Origin: Marsupella aquatica
Taxonomy: Eukaryota; Plantae; Marchantiophyta
NCBI GenBank assembly: GCA_973895155.1
Contig: OZ316893.1
Location: forward strand, 6,410,963-6,474,962
Reading direction: 5' to 3'
Length of the DNA stretch: 64,000 nucleotides
This document shows, piece after piece, positions 23,517-36,768 of this stretch; the first letter of the stretch is position 1, and each line of letters opens with the position of its first letter. Both the position numbers and the translations under genes were made by a program. Under the pieces are notes generated by a model. It was given only the letters and a program-made list of their open reading frames with translations, was not told the origin of the DNA and searched no databases.

Positions 23517-24857
23517 CTACATCTGTCCAACATAATCGAATCGATGACCTCTACCTTTGAGAGCCCACAAATGCTCAACTAGATCATTTCGCAGCATGTA
23601 GTGAGTGTCTGAATCCTCAATGACTCGAGTTGCAGCCAAGTACTCTTTCCAGTCACTAGTTGTGAGTCTCTCTCCTTGCCTATTGCTTCCTTGCTGTTGT
23701 TCCCATTCTTGTGGCAAATTCTCTAGTCGCTCATCATTTATTATCATATTATGTAAAATTACACAGGCAAGAAGGATGTCTTTGATCACAGCCTGGTTGT
23801 GAATCCTCACAGGATTCCGAATAATGCTAAAACAAGCTTGCAACACACCAAAAGCTCTCTCCACGTCCTTCCGTGCACCTTCTTGGCATCTGGCAAACCA
23901 CTTTCTGGCTTCACCCTGTGGCAATGCTATTGTCTGAACAAAAATTGACCAATTTGGGTAGATACCGTCAGTGAGGAGATAATATCTGTCGTACTGAGAC
24001 CCATTCACAATAAATTTGAGCTCATGAGCCTGACTTCTCAGCAAATTGTTCACCAATGGGGACCTGTCCAAAACGTTCAGATCATTGTTGCCTCCAGGAA
24101 GGCCAAAATATGCATGCCAGATCCATAAGGACTGGTTAGCAACTGCTTCCAACACAATGGATTTTTGTCTGTCCTTGTTTGTAAAGAGCCCTTGCCATGC
24201 AATAGGACAAATTTTCCAGACATAATGCATGCAATCTAATGAAGTGAACATACCCGGGAATCCTCTCCCCTCATTGATTTCCAGTTGTCTCTCCATGTCT
24301 TCCTTGGTAGGCTGCCTCAAGTATTTTTCCTGAAAAACCTCTCGAATGGCTCTGCAGAATCTCTTAAGAGAATCCATAGCTGTGGTTTCTCCAATGCGGC
24401 AATACTCATCCATGGCATCTGCTGAAACACCAAGTGAAAGCTGTCTCAATGCTGCTGTAACTTTCTGAATTGAAGATAGGCCCTTCACTATAGCAGCATC
24501 CCGTTTCTGGACAAAATAATCGTCAGCTTCACACACTGCATCATGGATTTTCCAGAAAATATGTCTTCTCATTCTATATCGCCTTCTGAATTGAGCATCT
24601 GTGTACACTGGATTCTCTCGAAAATAGTCCTTCCAAATTCTCTCATGCCCAAGCTCTCTGTCTCGATCAATGTTCTTGCTTTTTCCAGGCAATGATCCAC
24701 CTCGTTTCTTCCTATTGTGTCGTCTGTAGAACTCCATGAGAGCCAAAGGTCCAGAAATAGTGGTGTGCTCCCACCACGTCTGTTCCTGATCCAGCTCTTT
24801 CAATTCATCTTGAATTTGCTGATTCAATTGAGCCCGCCACTCGTCATGAGAGGTCAT
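23517..24857 (-). CDS. PIF/Harbinger DDE transposase (HARBI1-like), open frame
   Basis: FRRRYRM, GFPGMFTSLDCMH (D), YLLTDGIYP (D), RKDVERAFGVL (E) and CVILHNMI motifs. ATG at 24857. Confidence 0.95.
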   Translation of the reverse strand: MTSHDEWRAQLNQQIQDELKELDQEQTWWEHTTISGPLALMEFYRRHNRKKRGGSLPGKSKNIDRDRELGHERIWKDYFRENPVYTDAQFRRRYRMRRHIFWKIHDAVCEADDYFVQKRDAAIVKGLSSIQKVTAALRQLSLGVSADAMDEYCRIGETTAMDSLKRFCRAIREVFQEKYLRQPTKEDMERQLEINEGRGFPGMFTSLDCMHYVWKICPIAWQGLFTNKDRQKSIVLEAVANQSLWIWHAYFGLPGGNNDLNVLDRSPLVNNLLRSQAHELKFIVNGSQYDRYYLLTDGIYPNWSIFVQTIALPQGEARKWFARCQEGARKDVERAFGVLQACFSIIRNPVRIHNQAVIKDILLACVILHNMIINDERLENLPQEWEQQQGSNRQGERLTTSDWKEYLAATRVIEDSDTHYMLRNDLVEHLWALKGRGHRFDYVGQM

Positions 24858-26773
24858 TATCTCCAAGCAATGCTGCAAATGTGACTAGTCGATCGTAGCC
24901 CTAATTTACACCCTTTCTCGTGCAATCTTTGGAGCAATGGAGGCTGCGCGCTACTCCGCCCCTCTCGAATTGAGGGTGGCCAGGCCTCGGTTGAACCTGT
25001 GGAGGTATGGCCTCGATTGAAGGTCCGCAGCTATGGTGGTCGAGTCTCATCAGTCGCGGGCCTCGCGTTCTGTCCTCGGAGTGTCGAGTTGGGTTCCTGT
25101 GAAACCAATCTCGTATGGCCGCAGCACCCGAATATGGCGGCCAAATTTAGCGGGATGGGTGGGGGCCCCATCCAGCCGGCTATACTGCCCGGGCGAGTGA
25201 GTGCCCAACAGCCTCGCTAATCTTGCCTATAGCGGGCCGTTGTTGGCCGCATGGGTGCGGATGCTCTAATGGCTCAATTCAATATGAGAGTTTCTCGGCC
25301 TCCAAATGATGGGCTACATTTTGAGTTTTTGAATTGATTTGAGTTTTGAATTGATTGACCCCTAAACCACTCGAGATCTTGTACTTACATTTGGCTAAAA
25401 CCCTTTTTGGGGCCGTTATAATAAGTTCACCGACTACCAGTGTTGATGGATTTCCTGGTGGCAGCAATTGAAGTAGCTGAGTGTATCGAATTGAGACATT
25501 GATGCCTCCGGATTATCGTGGGACCACGTCGAGAGATGCATCGGCCCATCTCGCAAGCTCGGTAGGTCACCGCCTCCGCATGTTGCAGAGCTCCTGCTCC
25601 TCCTGCTCCCGCTCCCCTTTCAGCGCTCCAGTAACTCGTGCACTTTTTTGGAGACGCCCTTCCACAGGAATTCAGGGACCACTCCAGTCCCCAGAGTCCA
25701 GAGGACGCAGTCTCTCGATCACACTTCGCCGAATTGCAGTGCTGGTACAGCTATCTTTCCACGAGGGACGGCATCATTCCATTCTGCACCCGACAAAACT
25801 GAGAGGACCCACCGGCTCATTACGACGATGATGCGTCGCTCTTGAATTGAGAGAAATCGATGTTCTGCGCAGCTGGAAAGCCGTATTCTCTGTGCCATTG
25901 TTGGACGTAAGGTGCGAAGTCAAGAGGGGAAACAGAAAAGAAAAGAAAAGAATAGAAAAATTGGCAGATTGTACACGCCAGCCCAGCGTACGAAGAGGGG
26001 AAGGAAGGTCTCAACTTTCAAGCGATGACAACCAGGAGGGGGCCTTGGAGGTAGCCGTCTAGCCGATCTGTGCTTTCAACGTGGGAGATGATCTGGACGA
26101 AGCGGATCTGGACCTGCCACAGAACGAGAATTCCTAGAGTGTTCTTGTCGAGCGATCTCTGTTGACGACAACCTGGCCTCTGGGATTGTGCGTCGGCCCA
26201 GGACACGTACTGTACTCGTTTCCCCATTTGGAATTGTTTTTAATATTGTTTTTGCTTTCAGGAGCGGGTTGGGAGATTGGCGAGCGATCAACGGCTGGTT
26301 TACAGCTTTACTGCAGTATTGTCGTAAAGCTGTCTGCGTGTCGGTCGATCGCTTGGACGGAGGAGTTAGTAGGCCGCACGGGCTAGATTTATAGTCACCC
26401 AGTAGGTGCTGTCGCATAGGATCCGAGCATATCCAAGTCTGATTGTCGTCATAGTTTGCTTCCAGGAGGTAGTAAGTTTAGACCGGTGCACAAGTAACGG
26501 CGTCTCTTGTTCTTTGGATGTGGGGATTTGGACATCGGAGTGCCTACTCATGATCCGTTGCTTCGCTCAGCTGAACGTTCATACTAGTTGGTCTCTGGAG
26601 ACCGGGATCTTTCTCACTAGAGGTTGTTGGTAGGGCACAGTACTTAAAACAGTAGTCGAACATCACTCACTCAAACTTGTCTGGAAAACCGTTGAAAGGC
26701 GAGAGTTTCTACGTTTTCGGGTTCTTGTGGAATTTAAAGAACTGAGTAGACAGACCTACTGCTGGGGCCCGAG

Positions 26774-29700
26774 ATGGGGAGAGGAGGTGAGGGATCCGAT
26801 CCTCATGTGAAGGATGGTACACAGAACTTGGCTGCATGGGTATGTGGAAAAAATGATCTACGTGTGCAGCCATTCGAGTTGCCTCAAGAGCTTGGTCAGT
26901 TGGCATTGCCTCGCACCCTGTTCCCTTTCGTTGCTGCTAAGTTTGCTTGCGACTCTCTCCACATGCTCCGCCTTCCTTTCTGCTAATTATGCTCGTGACT
27001 CACGCCCAGTTCCCTTTCTGCTATTTACGCTCATGACTCTCTCCTCACATGCATTACAACGTTGACACAGGTGAAGAGCGAAGGAAATGTGTAGGAGCTG
27101 CCGTTCAAGTCATCAGCTATTCTCTTTGCAAGAAAGAAATTGGGAAACCGATTTCTAGAATGCAAAGTTATGTCGTGGCTAATTTACCATTAGTGGTTGT
27201 GCACAGGGCCTCATGAAGTGCGAGTCGCGATCAAAGCAGTTGGGATCTGCGGAAGCGATGTTCACTACTTGAAGGTACCCTTCAAACCAATTTTCAATCA
27301 TCTTTATCTGTCCAATGATAGCTCACATGATTCGCTTGGCAATGTTCCAGAGTTAACTAAGACACGCCAAGCCAGAATTCCCCACAGGACTTTTTAATCA
27401 GTGGGTCAACAATTTCCTGATCAGAAACATGTATAAAGTGGGATAGAAGTCTGAGACCTGTATGTGATTTGTAGCATAAACATCCTTTCTGATGGAGCTC
27501 GTGTACAGCTTCTGCGTCCTGAGCCCGTAAATTAGTTTGGATTTCTCTGTAACGGACCGTAATTATACCTGTTGTAGGCACATTGGATAGCCTCTGTTTG
27601 CTGGTTCAGGACGGAATGTAGTGAAGACCAGAAAGTCTTTAAGAATGTATACTTCGTGGTGCGTTAGGCATCCCGTTCCATGCATTCAAGTGCAAATATC
27701 AGTTAGTAGAAAGGGTCTTTGAGGGACGCGGTGAATATTTCGGGAGGTGTAGGAGTTGACTTGTATTGTTGGCGTGCTGCAGCACATGCGATGTGCTGAT
27801 TTTGTGGTGAAAGAACCGATGGTTATTGGACACGAATGTGCTGGGATTGTGGAGGAGATCGGTAGCGATGTAAAAGAGCTTTTTCCGGGAGATCGTGTTG
27901 CTCTCGAGCCAGGCATCTCTTGCGGTAAATGCAAGCTCTGCAAGGAAGGATACTACAATCTCTGCCCAGAGATGAAGTTTTTTGCGACGCCTCCAGTTCA
28001 TGGCTCTCTGGCGAACAAGGTGCGTCGAACTTCCCTCACCGACTCTTTAAGGAAGGAGAGTAGTAGCGATGAGAATTTGCTTGAAGCGATATCAATCCTA
28101 CACGAGCAGAATAAGACAGCCAACCATTGCGCAATTCACTTCAGTTGGTCTCTAACATACTCTGTATCATTTTGTTCTTACACTTCAATCTAATGGCGCG
28201 AGTCAAAATCGTGGTTCGCGAGGTCACTCCATTTATTTTTTGTGAATATTATCGAGGCGTCTAACCCATGGGTGTGAAGATTACCAAAACCGTTGACACT
28301 TCCCTTATCTTCTGTCGGTGTATGTGAACAAGGCTTCTGAAGTGCTATTTACGCATCTCCTTTTGTTGCAATAATTAACAGAATATAGATGAAGTGGTTC
28401 TGCACGAGGAGTAAAGTTGAGTAGTACACATTGCACTCAACAGATGGATATTTTGTGGATGTTTAGAGTCATGACTTTTAGACGAGGAATTCTACTTTAG
28501 GCAGCCTACGTTTAGCCACCCAAAGTGGATACTACTAACAGGGACAGATAGGCATTTAGTTACTTGCTTAGGCTTTCTTTCTAAGCTTTAAGGATGTAGC
28601 TCTATTTGTGATTTTCTCAACCGCTGTTGTTCCCTTCGATAATTAATTGCAATTTGATTGTGAAAAGTCTTACATGAGTAAAATCTTGTTTGCAGGTCAT
28701 CCACCCGGCAGATCTATGCTTCAAATTGCCGGAAAATGTGTCGCTTGAAGAAGGAGCGATGTGCGAGCCTTTGAGTGTGGGTATTCACGCTTGTCAGCGG
28801 GCTGGCATCGGGGCTCATACTAGTGTGCTGATTATAGGTGGCGGCCCTATCGGTTTGGTGAGCATGCTCGTCGCACGTGCTTTTGGAGCGCCCCACGTCA
28901 TTGTAGCAGATGTTGATGCCGAGCGCTTAAGAGTAGCCAAGGAACTGGGGGCTGACAACACGGTTCTGGTTTCTACGAAAGCTGCGGTGGGTAATGACTG
29001 AACCACTTTGTTTCGTCCGCTCACGAAATTGTCCCTTGTTAAACATCGTCGATAACTGACTTCTGCTTTAAATCTCACACGTTACTGAAATGGTAATATT
29101 TCAAGTGAAATGGGCATATTACTGCTATTGTTCACTCCAGGAGATGTTAGGAGCTGTTCTTCCATTTAGAGACTAGGGAATGAGGAGGGTGGAAAGGCTA
29201 ATAATCTTGAACAAGGAGCTGATCAAATCTTGTGTACAAGGTAGGAATGTCTGCCTGTCAGGTCAGGGGTCGACGGAATGAGATAAGATTGGACAGAAAT
29301 GTGCGATTTGTGGATCAAAACTGATAATGCACCAAGAATTTTGTTTGATTATTTCAGTTTTGGTAGTCACAAGGTCGAACTTACTGTTTAGGGGGCTTAG
29401 CACAGCTTTTATTGTAGTCGGGATTTTTCATGTAGGCTCCATTTAATGCACCTTTCAGGGAAAAACTTGTTCCCCACTAAATTCCTAGTTCATGCATGTC
29501 TAAGCCATTGTAATTGTGAAACGGTGTTCCAGTCCTTTGGAATTTCCTGATTTAAGGTTGTCGCTATGATGGCTCTCTTTGGTCAGAGATATAAAGAGAA
29601 ATAACTTGTTGTGTCATGTTATGTCGTGCTCAGGATGTGGATCAAGACGTTCTCAATGTCCGTGAGGCCATGGGCACTTGCGAAATAGACGTCACCCTGG

Positions 29701-30180
29701 ACTGCGTGGGCTTCACGAAAACCATGACTACTGCGCTCAAAGCGACAAGGACTGGTGGAGTGATATGCCTGGTGGGCATGGGACACGGCGAAATGACAGT
29801 TCCTTTGACACCAGCAGCTGCGAGGTTTTTCTTTTGGCCCTATACCACTTCATTCAAGTCAATGTTCAAATCATGGATGGAGTCTAAGTTTTTGTCCCCA
29901 TGATTCCAGTTCCTTTCGCTTCCAGTTTCGTGAAGTTTCCACGCTGCACGGCATTAATGTTTTTTTGTTTCCGGGTGACTCGTGCAGGGAAATAGACTTG
30001 CGCGGAGTTTTCAGATACCGAAACACGTACCCTTTATGTATCAGTTTGTTGAAAACTGGGAAAATTAATGTCCGACCGCTGATCACCCACCGCTTTGGAT
30101 TCTCCCAAAAGGAAGTGGAGGACGCTTTCGCCACAAGTGCTGGCGGTGGCAATGCCATCAAAGTTATGTTCAACCTTTAG
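26774..30180 (+). CDS. SDH: Sorbitol dehydrogenase (zinc-dependent MDR family), 6 exons, 366 aa
   Basis: Exons 26774-26894, 27207-27274, 27783-28019, 28696-28986, 29634-29824 and 29988-30180 are all GT-AG and phase-compatible (1101 nt). Motifs: [32 protein letters not shown], and the plant SDH C-terminus AIKVMFNL. Confidence 0.97.
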
Positions 30181-32112
30181 TCTTCGAATATGAAAATTGT
30201 TGTCTTTCACAGCTTGGGAGTTGTGAGATTCTAAACGGCTCGACTTGGTCATGTTATGTCTTCACATTGTGCGGTTTAGGTTTAAGAGAAAACATTGTGC
30301 GGTTTAGGTTTAAGGAAAAGTACATAATGTATACACTGAAGACATACAGGTGGACACAAGATAAACGCAGCTCTTCATCGTCAGCTCTTCATATTCAGCC
30401 GAAGAATTGTCCACGTCTTTCACCATATTCTTCATTCACAACGTCCCAGCTGCGGTGGAGATTATTCATCTTAGCTCCTCATTTGTCATCTCCAGGTAGA
30501 TGACGACCTACCTATGCAGCGCTTAGACCGTGTCATTTGTGCTGGTTATTGCAAGTAATGTGAACAGCTCTAGCAATTATGCATCCTTGAAGACAGCACC
30601 AGCCCTGCCTGAAAAATGCAATTCAGACCCTCGCAACGTCCCAATTGAATGAAGCTTTTGAATGTCTCAAGCTTAATATTTATTCTTCTGATATTCCCTT
30701 ACGTGGTTACAGCAGCAGTTCCTTTGTATTCTCGCATGATGTTGTGATATCTGCAAGGCAGTCTCCTGTAATCATCTCTTTGGCAATGTTTTATTAAGCA
30801 TTTCAGATTTCCCCATTTCTTGAGAATCTCGCATTCTTTTGTGATGCCTGTAAGTTTGCTGGAATCATCTCTGTAGGAAGGTTTTGTCAACCATTTCCGA
30901 TTACCCAGTTCCACGGACCTCTCGCATCGTGCTGTGATGTCTACAAGTCTGCTGTCATGATCTTTAGAAAAGCTTTGTTAAATATTCGCGATCAGTCGAA
31001 CACGAAAGCTCTGATTCTAGTCCGTTTCAAACACTAATTCATGACGAAATGCTTTGGAAGTCAGGTATAAACGTGGTCTCAATTAAGAAAAAAAAACCAG
31101 ATTCGTATCATTCGGTTATTGTCTGTAATAGGAACCCTCGTCTCTTTTGCCCCCAATAAAGAATCTCCATTCCAACTTGCTTTCAAGTATCTTGCTTATC
31201 TTTCTTTCCGGTTGCCCTCGATACTAGCACTTTCCGTTTAGGAAGACGATGAGCCAGAATCTACATGTTAGGCAAGATATGGATCTGCATCCTACTAAGA
31301 TAGCTGCCGTGTACATCTAGTACAGAATCTTGAGATGAAATAGCTTCCTTGGACATCTTAGAGAGTTCGTCAAAGTGACCCTCTGCAGTCTACTTGAGCT
31401 TTAGGAGGCTTTTGTTCAGTAGGGCCTTAGTTCCTTTGCCATGGTGGGGGACTCTTCAGTTGGATGTCTCTTCGGTTGGATGTCTCTTCGGCAAGTGCAA
31501 ATAATTGGGGCCTACCTCCACCCTTACCTGTCTGCCCAAGGCACACTTTTTTTCCAATTTAACAATTGCTAAAGACTTGAAGTCATCGCACATGTCGACT
31601 TGAAAATTGAGTCTACTAGGCAGCCTAATTCTTATGCATTCCATAGTTGTTGTGACCATGTAGTTGTTCAGTTCATGTTGTTATTGCAAAGGTGTTCATG
31701 TTATCATTGTGGAAGTTCATGCTGTCAAGTTGGAAGTTTTGTCAAATTGTGATAGTCAAAGACAAAGAATAGTCACTCTTTGGTTGTAGTTGTGAATGTG
31801 TTCTTGTCGAGGAGGGCAGGAAAGAGATATGAGATGGGTGACTAAGTTGCGGAGACCAAGCACATTCACTAGAAAATAGCGAGAATCTTTTGCTCATTTT
31901 ATATTTTGATAGTGAAGCAGGAAGGGTGTATAGGTGGATCTAAGGGTGCTCTTTGCGAAGGAATAGGCTTTTTGCTATGGCAGCGTTGGGAAGTTATGTT
32001 TATAACTTCTTCAATGCAGAACGGCTAAAATTTGCCCGAGTCTGTTTTCCTGTTTTCCTGTTTTTGTAATTTGTTTGGATTTGATGTTAAAACGCAACTA
32101 CCTGTTATAGAG

Positions 32113-32304
32113 TGCACACATCAGTTTCACTAGGAATGGACTAGTGTAGAATAGGAACTTGGGCTCCATTTTTATGCACACATCAGTTTCACTAGGAATG
32201 GACTAGTGTAGAATAGGAACTTGGGCTCCATTTTTATGCACACATCAGTTTCACTAGGAATGGACTAGTACTAGTGGAGAATAGGAACTTGGGCTCCATT
32301 TTTA
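32113..32304. repeat. 62-bp tandem repeat, 3 copies
   Basis: Units start at 32113, 32175 and 32237. The third unit has a 6-bp insertion. Confidence 0.93.
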
Positions 32305-34520
32305 ACCGATGGTACACTCTTGACCACTGGAGAGGACTGAGCACTAGCCTGGCAAAGAATGAGAGCCCTTTTATATGGGCACGTGTGGTTTAAGTGAGCT
32401 CTCCAGCAGCTACTCCAGACTCGATCATTACTCCTTGGTTGGTTTCAATCATGTCCCGCCTAACCCGTATTTCTCCTCAACAAACTGGCAACAAAACTGG
32501 GTTGCAATTAATATCGATCATTGTTTCTCTTCCCATCGCGGGATTCTGATTGATTCTGAGAACGGTGATGGGAGCTGAATAGTTCGCTGATGGATGGACA
32601 TAAGAAAACCATAGAAGAAATTGGGGATGAAAGCTAGGTTGTAGTTCATGCCTTTTCTGAGGCCGGTGATGGCTGACGTGAGACGAATCATTCTAGTGCT
32701 TTCTTTCTTCATTGATTCATTATTGTCTCATTTTGATTCTTTTCAATGAACGGTGGTGGGATCCGTAAAGAGGGGCAGTATCGATCGCTGATTGATTAGG
32801 GACGACCTATAGATATTTGTTCTGGATCTTGTCTCAAAAAGGCGGTGGAGCTGAAGAGGATCTAAAGGCGGCTTCATTGTCCAACTTCGTGATTGAGTGG
32901 GTAATTGCTAGAGCCCAAGGGTGAACTCGATGAAGGTAGCAATTGTGGTTGACAATTGAAAAGTCTGTTGATTGAAGTTATAGAATTCTAATGTAGAAGA
33001 AAATTAAGAAGCCAAGGCTATTGAACCGAAAGAAGAAACCAAATGTCCGAGGAGGTAGAGATTATCTGGCTGAACAACGAAACCGGTTCTGCAGATGAGC
33101 CTCCAGATGCTCCGTGAAGCTAAGCAAATTGATGAGCTCACCGGCTGTTTCATGACAATATCTCGTTGACGCTCGACTATGATGTTGCTTTCGATTCAAT
33201 TAGATGGGCTTATTTTTGCATCGCTATTACTTAACATCTGCCCTAGAGTGATCTGAAATAAAATGTCTGCATTAAGTCGCTTACATTGACGATTCCGCAG
33301 AAACACAAAGTGGACAGTCTATGAAGCAACGAAGGTGCCATACAATAACAGAAAGCGCTGCAGCTGTTAACGGTGGTCCCAGCCCGCCCACTCAGCTCAG
33401 CTAAAGTCTCCGTGACGGAAATTACTTACCGGCAGAGATTCTATTCAACCGTGGGCAGACATGCATGTCTTGTTGCTTTTTTTGGACTTTTGAATGCCAG
33501 GGTTACTTGATTCTATCCGGGTTCCGGTGGAACGACATTTAAGGATTATGATCGTTTAGCGTGTTTGATTATTTTCCCTCTTTCCTGGAAATAATATTCA
33601 ATGGCACTCTTGTCTGTTGAGGTGTTCGTTTTCATCCTTATCCGCTGGTCACAACCAGAAGATCATTACAGAGGCCCAATGGAGGTGGAAAGATCTCGAC
33701 CATCAAGAATGTCAACTAATCCCGTAATGAAGAAGGCAAACAGAGGGAATCACAAGGAAGGTAGGGTTGAAGGTGACTGATCACATTGAACCCATTTGAC
33801 TGCACGAAAGACCAAGGTGTCCCGGATTGACTGCTTAAGTTGACTGATTTCTAATTTCTGAAGGAAGAAGACTATTGGGACAAAAGGGAGTGCAGAAAGT
33901 TGTTTACTCATCTGCGAAAGGTCAGGTCAGGTGCTCGATGATGAGACGAGATGAGGCGTGGTGAGGTGAGAAAAGTAACCAATGCTCCGTTCCAACAGGT
34001 TGCGAGGTGCACTACTGTAGAAGGCCAGGCCAGGTCAAGTGAGATGAGATGAGATGAGATGAGGTGAGATGAGGTGAGCTGATGACGTAAGAACTGAAGA
34101 GCGACCGATGCTCACAAAGACCGATCCCAGAAAAACCTTTCAGTCATCTTCGCTCAGGCCAGGTGCTCGATGAGACTCGATGAGATCTCATGCTCAGGAA
34201 TTCCTTCTCAACAGGCAGTAAACGTGTCAAGGTGCACTAGGAGGCCAGGGGAGATGGCGTAAGAAGAGAGGAGCGACAAATGGTCAGAAAATCCTTCCGA
34301 ACAGGCTGCGAAGGTGCTTCGAAAGCCAGTGACCAAATAGCTTTTGTGATTTGGCAGGCAGGACGCGTTGGAGTACCTACTGTGGCTAGACAGGAATACA
34401 TTGCACTCAAGCTTGAAGGCCGTTTGGATTCACAGTTACCATATCTATCCTGAGTCATAAATCTGTTGTTCTGCTGCGTAGAGTGGCGCACCACCACGCA
34501 ATAAATAAATAACAGTTACT

Positions 34521-34747
34521 AATTACATTATCACTAAAGATGTCTCAAATACTACCATTTATGTTTATTGTAGTGACAAATATGCCATGGTTTTTAATAT
34601 AGTGAAAACTATGCCACAGTTTCAGTAGATGGTTTTCCTTGGAAGTTGGTGAAATTGTCATCTATATATCAAACCCTGGCATATTTATTAATACAATTGA
34701 ATCTGTGACGGTATTGTCAATTAGAATATCTTTAGTGGCGAATAATT
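34521..34747. mobile_element. Foldback MITE of about 230 bp (Mutator-like)
   Basis: The halves are inverted copies: CACTAAAGAT...AAATATGCCATGGTTT on the left and AAACCCTGGCATATTT...ATCTTTAGTG on the right. No TSD established. Confidence 0.6.
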
Positions 34748-36120
34748 AAAAGTTGAAATAAATAATTACAAGTAGCCTGGTTGCCAACGGATTTAAGTGG
34801 AGGTGAGCACATTCAAGCTGGTTGCCCTTTCATAGATTTGGTTCAATCCATGACAAGGTTGGTAGCCAGTGACTCTTCACACGCCATGCAATTTCTAGAG
34901 ACTCACCCTACCCCCATATATCCCTGTTTTCTACCCGCACCCAACTTTAGTTAAGCCCGCGGAGTCACTGTCCAGAGGCTTCATTGGAAATTGTGGGTCC
35001 AGAAGAGTAGGTCACACTCTTGCTGTATAGGTACATATTGGACCCGACTAACATAACATATTGGGGTCCTTGCAAAACCTCTAAATAAATTTAAATTTTA
35101 AGAATATTCTAAGCATCCTGGTGTAAACAATTTTTTTAAAACAAACTGGGTTTGATTTCTTTCCAGAAATGAAAATTAATTAATGTTTTGCATAGATCGT
35201 TCAAAAATTGGTATGAGAGATGAAAGTGCTCATTCACCCTTATGCCCTAGCTTCGCACCAGATTCTATTTACAATTGGTCTCTGATTCAATACATGTTTT
35301 TGTGCCTGCACTAGATTCTATTTCAACTGATCTCCCATTCGAGCCATGTTGGTTGCACCCCAAGAGCCTGGCAGTTGCGAGAAACTATATGCAGAAGACA
35401 AAACAAATAAATTGAGGGTTTTCCCGAAGAGCCCGTTGCACCTCTTCAAAGTTCTCTTAAATTTTATTTACTTAGTTAGCTCACACACGATTACTTGATA
35501 GGGTGTATTTTAAAGCCCAGCTTTTGCGTTGATGGGAATAATTTTCACGTTAAGTATAGACTTACTGGATGGGGGTGTTTTCTTAAATTTAATAATTAGT
35601 CCACCATAAGGTATTTCTACCCCCACCAAGTGAATTTGAATGTAATCAAACACAAAATTTTGACATATGGAGCCCAGGGGTTCTAGCTGCTTACATCTCT
35701 ACCAGTTAGTTTATTCAGAAAACTTGGGATGTAAAATATTGATATACCACTAACAAGACATCCAAATGCCGTTATTTTGTTTCCCTTGCTGTTTGTTATT
35801 TTAAATTTACTTTAATGTGTTTTGGTCTTTTTACACTGATTGGGTCCAACTGTTTTTCCTTGCCTCGTGTCAAATACAAGCAGTCGTGTTTGTGTCTTGT
35901 TGAAAACATTATTGGTTCAGTTTATGACCAAATGTGCTGATGATGCGCGTGGTGCTAGGGCCTTTGAAAAACCTTTCCATCAGGTAAATAGGCCTTTTTA
36001 GGGGGTGACGTGAATAGTGCCATTATTGGACTTAGATAGCCCTTGCAATGCTCGGGAATCTTAGTAGCCGAGGCGACTCCTCATTTTGGATTTAAAACAG
36101 TTTGAGAGCATACAATATTT

Positions 36121-36340
36121 GGGTCAACATGCTATGGGAGGTATAGTAGCCAAGGTAAGTATCCCTGTTAAGAATGTCCTTTTTTTCCTCAAGGAGCGAG
36201 AGATTTGGGGTCAACATTCTGTGGGAGGTAGAGTAGCCAAGGTAAGTATCCCAGATGGGAATGTAGATCCTTTCATGCTAGAGAGTTAGAAATTTGGATA
36301 ACATTCTATGAGAGGTAGAGTAGCCAAGGTAAGTATTCCT
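36121..36340. repeat. 87-bp tandem repeat, about 2.5 copies
   Basis: The block ending in GAGGTA(T/G)AGTAGCCAAGGTAAGTAT recurs in units starting at 36121, 36208 and 36295. Confidence 0.85.
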
Positions 36341-36396
36341 GTCAAGAAAGTCCTCTCATCTTAGGAGGGAGGGTCAAAACGACCAGGCTGTTTAAG

Positions 36397-36652
36397 ATTT
36401 TTTTTTCCCTTGCATGCCCATCCAACAGAGGATTTTATGTAGGGTAGTCACAAGGGGACAATACCCAAGGATCCTTTTATGTAGGGTAGCCACAAAGGGA
36501 CAATACCCAAGGATCCTTTTATGCAGGGTAGCCACAAGCCAACAATATCCAAGGATCTGACAGGGACCCAGACCAGGAGGGAGAGAGAGGATTAAACCAG
36601 GGCCCCAAAACGGGCCAGCCAGGGGCTGAGGAGAGAATCCATACTCCCACCA

Positions 36653-36689
<37 letters not shown>

Positions 36690-36768
36690 ACCCTCCACAC
36701 CCCTTTGGGGTGAGGATTGAACCTGGGACCTCTCGGTTCTAGGCTCATCCTCTATCCAACTGACCAAA
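36397..36768 (-). mobile_element. tRNA-derived SINE
   Basis: Minus-strand head with A-box-like TCAGTTGGATAGAG and B-box GGTTCAATCC, then a (GT)n tract, 3' repeats of about 43 bp and an A-tail. A 10-bp TSD GCTGTTTAAG lies at 36387-36396 and 36769-36778. Confidence 0.8.

Larger units (their letters stand above)
21935..25266. mobile_element. Complete PIF/Harbinger element (3,332 bp)
   Basis: Perfect 12-bp TIRs GAGCATCCGCAC / GTGCGGATGCTC, TAA TSD at 21932-21934 and 25267-25269, and convergent Myb-like and DDE transposase genes. Confidence 0.96.

Noticed and set aside
27197-29903. Several separate dehydrogenase ORFs
   Set aside because: They are exons of the single SDH gene, with ORF calls running into introns.
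36700-36768. tRNA gene
   Set aside because: The cloverleaf is incomplete. It is the head of a SINE flanked by a TSD.
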